Source of the DNA: Folioceros fuciformis
Lineage: Eukaryota
Direction: 5' to 3'
DNA length: 32,542 nucleotides
Assembly: GCA_049999805.1 (NCBI GenBank)
Contig: JBNGIO010003805.1
Location: forward strand, 1-32,542
In this document: one piece after another, positions 1-8,807 of the stretch
Position numbering within the stretch: the stretch's first letter is position 1
Layout of the letters: each line of letters starts with the position of its first letter
Translations under genes and position numbers: made by a program
The notes under the pieces: generated by a model
What the model was told of the DNA's origin: nothing
Database searches by the model: none
Seen by the model: only the letters and a program-made list of their open reading frames with translations

Positions 1-446
1 TGAGAGGGAGGGCAGGAGACGTTGCGGAGGAGAGAACGGAGAGAATGGCGTTGGAGACGCAACTCCGTGGGCAGAAGAAAAGCTTCAAATTCCAAGGCAT
101 CAGTGGAGGTAGTTCGAAACGCACCAGTAATGGCCCTATAGGCAAAGACGTTGGACCCGTTGGAGGTGTTGAATGTGTGTACGACCTCCGTTGAACCAGA
201 CATTGCAATCGTAATCGAGCTTAGGCAGGACAACACTGATGTATAAGTGTCAAAGAAGCTTGGCATTGAGGCCCCAAACTGAATTCCCAAGAGAGATTAT
301 AGCTGACAAAGTACGCATTGCGGAAGCCAAAACCTGATGAACATGCGTGTTCCAAGTTAACTTGGAATCCAAATAGAAGCCCAAAAACCTAATACACTCG
401 GAGGGAGTGATAAGGGAACCATCGGGTAACGAAAGAGTACATTCCT
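1..446 (-). mobile_element. Second, diverged copy of the LINE RT C-terminal region (fragment, cut by window start and N-gap)
   Basis: 1-446 aligns base by base with 759-1203 with scattered substitutions and one 1-nt indel (ggcaaagacg vs ggctagacg near 143), and ends at the gap. Confidence 0.85.
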
Positions 447-546
447 NNNNNNNNNNNNNNNNNNNNNNNNNNNNNNNNNNNNNNNNNNNNNNNNNNNNNN
501 NNNNNNNNNNNNNNNNNNNNNNNNNNNNNNNNNNNNNNNNNNNNNN
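447..546. other. Assembly gap (100 N)
   Basis: Run of exactly 100 N, typical of an unsized scaffold gap. Confidence 0.99.
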
Positions 547-3385
547 GAGATTGTAAAATTACAATGGTTGTGGGTAAAGAAAGAGGAGAGGCCCAAGGAG
601 GCACGAGTCGAGGAAAAATATTTTCAATGACAATGGAGGTGGGCAGTCCTAAAGCGGAGTACAGAGTACTAGGGGAAAGGAGTGTGACGTGACTACAGAT
701 AGCATTGTGATAGCGTTTTTTGTAGTTAGTCGTAGGAAGAAAGACTTGATGGATAGGGTGAGAGGGAGGGCAGGAGACGTTGCGGAGGAGAGAATGGAAA
801 GAATGGTGTTGGAGGCGCAACTCCGTGGGCAGAAGAAAAGCTTCAAATTCCAGGGCATCAGTGGAGGTAGTTCGAAACGCACCAGTAATGGCCCTACGGG
901 CTAGACGTTGGACCCGTTGAAGGTGTTGAATGTGTGTACGACCTCCGTTGAACCGGTCATTGTAGCCGTAATCGAGCTTGGGCAGGACAACACTGATGTA
1001 TAATTGTCGAAGAAGCTTGGCATTGAGGCCCCAAAATGAATTCCCAAGAGAGATTATAGTTGACAAAGTACGCATTGCGGAAGCCGAAACCTGATGAACA
1101 TGCGTGTTCCAAGTTAACTTGGAATCCAAATAGAAGCCCAAAAACCTAATACACTCGGAGGGAGTGATAAGGGAACCATCGGGTAACGAAAGAATACATT
1201 CCTTTGTTGATTCCTTACGCTTCAGGGAAAAATGAATAAGTTCAAACTTGTTAGAATCAAACTCCACGAGGTGTGTGGAGGCCCACTCCGATGCCACACG
1301 AAGCATAGCCTTAAGTTTTTTTGTAGACTTTTTGCATGAAGGAGCAGTGCCATGTGCCCCGTGTCATCAATCCAGCCAATGCCACCACCCATGGTTTGAA
1401 GTTGAGTGATGAGATCAAAAGTGAAGAATAGGAAAAGAATAGGCGAGATTGGCGAACCCTAGGGTAACCCAGAACTGATGGGAGCAAGAGTGTCATATTG
1501 GCCATCCGGGCAAAGTGACGTCGCCCGCTGAGACAGAAAGTGGAAGACCCAACGGATCAGCGGAGTTGGAAGGCCTTTCCTGCACAGGACAGATAAGAGA
1601 ATTTGATGGTTAACTAAGTCATATGCACCTTTGATATCCATGAGGAGCAGGGAGAGAACATGTCGTTGACCCCAAGCCCTACGGATATCTTGAACGAGGA
1701 GAGCTGCTGCATCGCTTGTACTCCGACCCGATCGACCCCCCAAATGACTGGAGGGAAGGAGACCATGATTGTTCTCAACCAAGAAGGAGAGACGTGAAGC
1801 CATAAAACCCTCCAGGGCCTTGCCTAAGCAATTAAGAAGAGCAATAGGGCAATATGAGCGAGCTAACGAATAATTAGCCTAATTGAGTTTGCGGAGAATG
1901 ATGGTCAGCGAATGACGCCACGCCAAAGGATGATAACCCATAGTGGAGCAGGCCTGGAAGATATATAAGTAAAATTGTTTGAGGAGGTCCCAACCCCTCT
2001 GAAGAAAACCTGAAGCAATGGTGTCTGGGCCTGCCGCTTTCCAGGCCTTTGCACCAAAGAGAGCCTGCTGCACCTCGTGCAAAGCGGGGGTGGGCCATGG
2101 GATATGGGAAGCAGCGGACAGGGCAAGAGGAGGGGTGTTTGAAGAAGAGGGGAATAAAGCAAAACAGAGGATTGCACACTTGGCAGCATGAGAGTAAGCA
2201 AGTGACCCGCCACCAGAGAGTAAAGGAGGAGTGAAAGACAAGGAAGCGGGTTTAGTGGAGCGATAAATCTTCCAAATATCTGAGTCGCTAGCCTCCATCA
2301 GAAATTTCTTCCAATGGTCCTTCTTGGCAACTCTTACACTCCGAAAGTACTCATTTCTAACAGACCGAAAAGCTACAATATCCCCTGTAGTGTTAGTAAT
2401 GCGCATGACCCAACGAGCCCAAGCAAGCCCCTTGCGAAGAGGGGAGAGGGTAGGAGACCACCAAGGTTTAGCACGGAGGTGAGGGCGTACTACAGGGGTA
2501 GATGTGGAGAAAGCCTTATGTAGAGATATTGTGACTTGACCCACAAGATGATCAATCTGAGCAATAGTTTGAGGAAGCCCAAGTCCCACTAAGTTAGTCG
2601 AAACCTCAGAAGCTAAAGTGGAAGAAAATTTGTCCCAGTCAGTAGCTTTGACATTAAGGCGGGAAGGAAGAGGAGGAGGAGGAGGGGAATCTGAACGAAG
2701 GAATAGTAAGGAACAAACCAATAGCTTGGTGGTCAGACCCCGCATCTAGATCAGGGAGAATATCACAGAAATCAACCAAGTTGTGAACATCCGCAGAAGA
2801 AAGCGTGAGATCCAAAGTGAAGGTGTTATTTGTAGAAGACACGAAGGTGGGGCAATCCGAGGGGGTGAGAAGAAAGAGGGGAGTAGTGTTAATGAAGAGG
2901 GCAAACTCATCGGCCACTGAGGAAATCACTTCATTAGATGCAGTAGATTCCCACAAGGGGTGATGAAGATTGAAATCTCCGAGAGTAAAACAGTGTTGAA
3001 AGAGGAAGTGGGCATGTGGAGTGAGAATGCGGATGGTGCTATCGGACCCAGGCGGATTGTAAAGGTTAACAAAGTTAATGTCTTGGCCTGGGCAAGAGAC
3101 CTGGACACATTGGATATCAGGATGGTTAAAAAGATTCCAGCGGGGAGAAATACTACTAGAGCAAGGCTTTTGTTAATATAGGTGAGGACCCGAGGGCGGG
3201 AGGGGAGACTAGGAGAGGGGAGGATAGGAGTCCATTGCGGGTGAGAGAGTGCAGTGGAAGGGTTAATGACATAAGGCTCCTGAAGGAAAAGAATGTCAAA
3301 GGACGACATAAGCAGATTCAGAAGAGTAGAGGTGACCACACAGGACCAGTGACAGTTAAGTTGAAAGATCTTTGAGGGGACTCAT
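547..3385 (-). pseudogene. LINE ORF2 (apurinic-like endonuclease plus reverse transcriptase), disrupted
   Basis: Split over ORFs 2926..3339, 2654..2956, 1879..2745, 1459..1803 and 389..1306. In-frame TAG stops at 1879-1881 (LRKLN*ANY) and 1459-1461 (GLP*GSP, normally Q), plus several frameshifts. Confidence 0.88.
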
Positions 3386-4438
3386 GAGGGGCCTGGTCGA
3401 GAGAAAAACTTGGAGTTAGCTTCGAGGCGAGTAGGGCATGAAGGGTCAGTGGCCCGATGAGATCCATGGCAGTTGCAGCATAAAGAAGTTGCTACCTTAC
3501 AGTCCGAAGCTGGATGAGGCCCACCACAATTCAAGCATCGCTCCGCACTCCTGCAGAAGGTGTGAGTGTGTCCAAAACGTTGACACCGGAAGCATTGAGT
3601 AGGGCGGGCATTGGGTACAAAGGTGGCACCCGCAGCATGCGCCCCTGCAAAGCAAGGCCGCACCGAAGAATTGCAGATGCAGAATCATCGTCGACAAGGG
3701 ATACCAAAACTGAAGAATGCCGCTTGGTAGAAAGATCCTGGAGGAGCCACCGAGGCTCATCCTCGAAGGTGATGTAATTGTCTTCGAGAACTTCTTCCTT
3801 GAATTCCTCCATTGATAAGCTGACAGAGACATCATGAACCAGAATTTGGTGACGAATACGTGGAGTTGAGACGTCGGAGAAGGATGAAAAAGTCTTTGGG
3901 CCCCAAACAGGAGCTGTCGCAATAACTGTATCACGCACAGCCTCCGACTGCACAATGATACCAAGCGACGTGCGAAACTTTTGAGCTGCTTGAATTTTAA
4001 TTGGCCCAGCATCTGCTGCCAAGAGAACCCCATTAATTTTACCCTTCAAGTCCGCATGTGATAAATCCTGGGGATAGTCCTCGTCCTTAAATCTGACAAA
4101 CAGTCGCGCCTCCATAGTTGGGATCGGCCTTGTGGGGGGGGGAGGACTACCACCGTGAGAGTGGACCGCAGCAGCATAAGAGGAAGGGCGAGAATCCTTG
4201 AACTCATATTTGACTTCATTAGAAGAGGACCAAATAACTTGTTTGAGTTCCTCATTAACTATAAGCACATGTTGTTGGATAGCTTCCAAAAGATTGGCCT
4301 CCCCTGTTAGTGACTCCACCGCATTCTCCAAGGCCAACTTCGCCTCGTTTTTCTTGCCTTTAGCAAGAGGATTAAAGTTTGCAGCCAAAATTCCTATAAC
4401 TTTTTGAATGAGGCTAATAGTAAAAGGAGAGAGGAACC
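3382..4438 (-). pseudogene. LINE ORF1 (gag-like, CCHC zinc knuckles), frameshifted
   Basis: ORF 3531..4388 joins ORF 3382..3663 through a frameshift near 3630 (GRMLRV / TFVPNARPTQCFRC); no intact ATG in the open frame; stop TGA at 3384-3382. Confidence 0.8.
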
Positions 4439-5786
4439 CTTAGAGGAGAGAGGAGAGGTCATTGGCCAATATGAATCCATAGTAATATATACATATTTAT
4501 TCCAGCAATCCCTAATATACACGTGAGTACAAATTCCACCACACCCCAGCTATCTTACGTTTCAACTCCAACGTACGGTGACATGAGTGCACCTACGGTA
4601 ACGGTGTTTCCTCACTAGTGTCGGGAACACCTGACGATCCGGTCCGATGCCAGTTCTGCATTGGCTACGAGGATGCAATGGTGTTGCCCTTCCTTTCAAT
4701 TCCGGGAGGACGTAAAATACTAATTCAATCAAAATATGCCGAGTTCAAAACAACACACTGTGCGGCACAGTCGACAGTCGCAAACCACTACAAGAATCCG
4801 CCGAAGCAATTTGAGGGTACACCGCAAGAAATCTGCAGCTAGCGGAAACCGCAAAGACACACCAGAAGTAGATCCATCCCATCATGATCCAGAACAAACC
4901 GCGGGCCACTTGCCAAGAGACAGACGGAGCCAGACTGAAGGGAACACTCCAGACTTAGGCATATGGGAACGGGAACGCACCACAAGATCATACATCCGTC
5001 ACAAAGATGTGAACTTTCAACCGATGGGACAAATAATTACACGTATCTCTTACTCGTGTCCCCGCATAATGCTTAAACGTCGTGCTTCAGCTCCATCGCC
5101 AGCTAACATGAAACTGGCAGCTCTGTGGCAGCAACCACATCCAACAGCAGTACACCACAGATGCACAAAAGAGCTTCCTAGCCAACCAATTGGCTCGGGC
5201 TACAAACCGTATCCGGAAGTCAGAAATGTACATTGAACTGAGAAAAATTTACATACAAGGTCTCTTCCGTATGTGTAGGTCGTCAGTTGAGGCTGCGACC
5301 TGACCAGAAATATTTACACGTCCCACTCTCGAGTAATACGCTTACAAGCCCTGTGCAAAACTGAGTTATCTACAGACGTAGGGATGAACCTTTCGTCCAT
5401 TCCCAACATGAGAGGCCCTTACTGGACTAGTGTGTTTCGTCACAAAGATGGGTGTGGACCTTACCACACAACCAGGTACCTTGATATTGTGGCAACCATG
5501 GCTAGCTTGCTCACCTGTGGCACAGTGTTTCTCAAGACTTTCAGCCACAGGAACATGAGTGCATGAATCACGAAACGTCTCTAGGGCCTACCCAACTAAC
5601 ACAAGAGCACTCACATTTGATGCCTGTTCGCCTCTATTGGTGAACCCACAGCCCAAGGAGGTCATCTTCTCTGCCATAAGCTTGCTGACCATTGCCTCCA
5701 TCGCCCCCGGCAGCACAAGACAAGCACACGCATGATCACAATTTAGATGTCGTCAGGAGGAGCATTGCCACTCCCATTCCCATGAA

Positions 5787-6584
5787 CTAATCATATGAAG
5801 AACCCCAGCTGCTGCCATGAGAACAAGCATCATCAAGAACATCTACACCACTCTTATGGCAGCGTGATTTCCAACGAAGCTCACTCAGCTCCTGCTCCAA
5901 AAGATACAGCCGTTCCCTCAACGTCAGATTCTCATCCTCCAAGTGAGCAATGTGGCTCTCCTGCTCTTCAAGCCGTATCTGCAAGAGCTGCTTGGACTCA
6001 TCCTGCACAGAACTGGATGGATAGGTCATCTCGAAACGGCCAACATCGTGGTCTAATCGCTGTTCCACCTGCTGTAGAGACTGCATACAGTTTGCAGGAT
6101 TAGATGGCTCACCACGACACATGCTATTAGCAACACTACCATCCTCCACGGAATCATCACTGGTTCGAAGCCGGATCAGACCAGTCATGGAGCCATAACC
6201 ATCCACGCCCCACTCCTTCACCTCTTCCACGACACCTTCCCTGTACGCCGGCGTGACCGCATGCAGCGCCGGAGAAACAGCGGGGACGGCCGCACCTAAC
6301 CTCTTGGCATGCATGATATAAGATGAAGTGTTGCGAGGAGCACACGGGATCCCCTTCCTCTTCTTGATAAAATGTCTACGAGTCTTGACTCTGTTCTGCC
6401 ACTGCAAGTCCCGCAGTCTTGGAGGCTCATACCCACCTCCTGTCTGCGGCAGCGCAACGGCGGGCCTCGCGGCAGCACAGCGCTTGAAGAAGCGCGATTT
6501 CTTCACCCACGGACCTTTCCCTAGCACCGGCTCCCTATCCCTCCGCCCGCTGTGAAGCGGCTTCCCCATCTCCACTTGCGGCAT
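5787..6584 (-). CDS. PRL1-interacting factor A-like plant protein (basic region, APRNT motif, C-terminal coiled coil), single coding exon, ~265 aa
   Basis: Motifs GGGYEPPRLRDLQWQNRVKTRR, APRNTSSYIMHAKR, EWGVDGYGSMTGLIRLR, VEQRLDHDVGRFEMTYP and HIAHLEDENLTLRERL match the plant family as I recall it (Arabidopsis At5g19900-like). The first ATG is at 6584; the track ORF opens at GTG 6797. Confidence 0.8.
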   Translation of the reverse strand: MPQVEMGKPLHSGRRDREPVLGKGPWVKKSRFFKRCAAARPAVALPQTGGGYEPPRLRDLQWQNRVKTRRHFIKKRKGIPCAPRNTSSYIMHAKRLGAAVPAVSPALHAVTPAYREGVVEEVKEWGVDGYGSMTGLIRLRTSDDSVEDGSVANSMCRGEPSNPANCMQSLQQVEQRLDHDVGRFEMTYPSSSVQDESKQLLQIRLEEQESHIAHLEDENLTLRERLYLLEQELSELRWKSRCHKSGVDVLDDACSHGSSWGSSYD

Positions 6585-6863
6585 AACTCGCACACAGACT
6601 CGGTGATGCAACCTTGACTGCAAAGCACCCACGACGAAGGCGCGACTGGGGCACAAAGGAGTGTAGATCCTGCATGCCGTAGCACAAACCCTCGCAGTTT
6701 CCTTGCCCACTCCACAACCCAACCGGAAAGCAAACGCAGGGAACGTTGGAAATCGAACAGGTGGCCGACTCTGTACGACCCACACTACTTTCGGCACATG
6801 GCGTCAAGAAAGACCGCACAGCCAGGGCCAAACAGGTGGGGTACCTTCTTTTTTTTTTAAGAG

Positions 6864-7094
6864 GAATACACGGCTAAGTATGGAATACCGAATACACGGC
6901 TAAGTATGAAATACAGAATACACGGCTAAGTATGGAATACCAAATACACGGCTAAGTATGGAATACCGAATACACGGCTAAGCATGCATACCGAATACAC
7001 GGCTAAGTATAGAATACCGAATACACGGCTAAGTATGGAATACTAAATACACGGTTAAGTATGGAATACCAAATACACGGTTAAGTATGGAATA
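6864..7094 (+). repeat. Tandem array, 9 x 26 bp (GAATACACGGCTAAGTATGGAATACC)
   Basis: ATACACGG recurs at 6866, 6892, 6918, 6944, 6970, 6995, 7021, 7047 and 7073, with no unique spacers. Confidence 0.97.
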
Positions 7095-7287
7095 TTGATA
7101 TGGTTACTCTGGCTTGCACACAAAGTTTTGTGTCGTGAACTTTTTGGCAGTAATACATTTGCCCTTTTGGTCGTAAGGCGCCATCTAAGTGTCTTGATTG
7201 GGACAAACCCTCCAACGTTTTGGATCTGTCTCTCACTCAGTCATTCACTTTCTTTTTTTTGTTAGGGTTAGGGTTTGTGGTTCAGCA

Positions 7288-7355
7288 TCCATCCTCCACA
7301 TGCAAGGTTCACAACAGACCTCGTCCTTCCATCCTCCACATGCAAGGTTCACAAC
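7288..7355 (+). repeat. Direct repeat, 2 x 28 bp (TCCATCCTCCACATGCAAGGTTCACAAC), 40-bp period
   Basis: Identical copies at 7288-7315 and 7328-7355. Confidence 0.92.
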
Positions 7356-7512
7356 GGATCTTGTCCTTTAACATTCACCATTTTGTCTTATGTGCACACA
7401 TCTCTCTCGCTTCCATGCACACCCCTCACTAGCCTCTTGTGTGCAAAGCTATTTCATAGCCCATGATGGCATGGGGGGATGGCATGTCAGGCTCGTCATG
7501 CGTGTAGAGCTG

Positions 7513-7792
7513 GATGTCTTACTCCTAAGTGATCACCCTTCCTCCCTCCTTCCTGATGTCTTTCTCCTAAGTGATCACCCTTTCTCCTTCCTGATATCTT
7601 ACTCCTAAGTGATCACCCTTCCTCTTTCCTAATATCTTTCTCCTAAGTGATCACCCTTCCTCCTTCTTGATGTCTTACTCCTAAGTGATCACCTTCCTCC
7701 TTCTTGATGTCTTTCTCCTAAGTGATCACCCTTTCTCCTTAGTGATCACCCTTCCTCCTTCCTGATGTCTTACTTCTAAGTGATCATCCTTC
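7513..7792 (+). repeat. Minisatellite, ~8 x 38 bp (GATGTCTTWCTCCTAAGTGATCACCCTTCCTCCTTCCT)
   Basis: The AGTGATCA core recurs eight times, with one truncated unit near 7740. Confidence 0.95.
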
Positions 7793-7829
7793 GATGTGAT
7801 GTACCCACGACGAACCCTAAACCTTGGCT

Positions 7830-7985
7830 ATGCAAGGACGGCGGTGGTTTTTTCTTGTGTGTAACTCGTACTTAAAAACATATGCAAGAACGGCGGTGGT
7901 TTTTTCCTATGTGTAACTCGTAATTAAAAACATACGCAAGAATGGTCGTGGTTTTTTCGTATGTATAACTGATACTTAAAAACAT
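7830..7985 (+). repeat. Tandem repeat, 3 x 52 bp (ATGCAAGRACGGCGGTGGTTTTTT...GTAACTCGTACTTAAAAACAT)
   Basis: Three diverged adjacent copies starting at ~7830, 7882 and 7934. Confidence 0.9.
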
Positions 7986-8687
7986 GCCCATGTTGTGCAG
8001 AAACCCTAAACAAAACTTTATGTGTCCCCATTGGTCCACGAGCCGTATGGAGAGGAAAAAATAATTTGGTGTACTATATTGAGGTAGGCCCCACGACATG
8101 ACATAGGTGTGTACATGATGGGCATCTATGCTAGATTCTAAGGTACATTCCCGTATGAAGTACATAGTTGGAAAAACAAATGTGTGTCCAGCCATTGTCC
8201 CTACTATTGGTATTCCACACCTAAGTTTAATCAATTCTTTTGAAGTTATTCATCACTCAAGTTTATAGAAGGACTTAAAGTTTGAGAACTCTAGTCAAAC
8301 AATAAGAGTATACAACTATGGAATACCAATTCGGACAAGCCCACATACTTATGTTTTTTTTCCTCTCCTATGTATTTATATGAGAATATATATTAAAATC
8401 AACTACATATTCCTTTACTTAACATCATTAACTTTTTTTTCTTATTACTATAAGGGGCATGTGAACCGACGCATCCCTTTGTTTTTTAGGGATCCTCTAT
8501 CCTAATAATTAAAGATCATGGTGCCACACAATCTTTAAAGTTACACTACACATATAAGAAACATCATGGGGATAGGGTTCAGTAGGGTTTCATGGATCGA
8601 CTGATTCACACCATTGGAGTGTGAATCCCGTGGGGGTGGTATCCTCTCGGCCCTTCTCTCTAGTCCACGGTGTTCACGGCGAAACAC

Positions 8688-8807
8688 TTAGAACGTGAAT
8701 TGGGTTCGTTTATGCTTGCTAGCCTACACCCCCTTCATTTGAGTGCTTTAGAACGTGAATTGGGTTCGTTTATGCATGCTAGCCTACACCCCCTTCAGTT
8801 GAGTGCT
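8688..8807 (+). repeat. Tandem duplication, 2 x 60 bp
   Basis: TTAGAACGTGAATTGGGTTCGTTTATGC(T/A)TGCTAGCCTACACCCCCTTCA(T/G)TTGAGTGCT occurs twice with 2 mismatches. Confidence 0.95.

Larger units (their letters stand above)
547..4480 (-). mobile_element. Degenerate non-LTR retrotransposon (LINE), Tad1/I-group-like: gag-like ORF1 plus APE-RT ORF2
   Basis: ORF1 has three Cys/His knuckles (QCFRCQRFGHTHTFC, RCLNCGGPHPASDC, CCNCHGSHRATDPSCP). ORF2 has endonuclease motifs (KIFQLNC, FDILFLQEPY, LDLTL, GSDH) and RT motifs (KAAGPD, PIALLNCLGKALE, HLGGRSGRST, LMDIKGAYD, GLP*GSPISP, WIDD, RFLGFYLDSKLTW, QRLARRAITGAFRTTS). The 5' boundary is approximate. Confidence 0.92.

Noticed and set aside
357-596. 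ORFs 357..596 and the 389-546 tail of 389..1306
   Set aside because: Artefacts of reading through the N gap.
4618-5566. ORFs 4618..4842, 4736..5236 and 5384..5566
   Set aside because: No recognisable motif or consistent exon chain; probably intergenic or antisense to a 3' UTR.
6585-6797. 71-aa N-terminal extension of the 336-aa ORF
   Set aside because: It starts at GTG and shows no family motif; likely 5' UTR.
6864-7094. CRISPR-like array
   Set aside because: Units are contiguous near-identical 26-mers with no unique spacers; no cas genes; eukaryotic context.
7513-7792. CRISPR-like repeat with palindromic core
   Set aside because: The segments between cores are homologous to each other, so this is a minisatellite.
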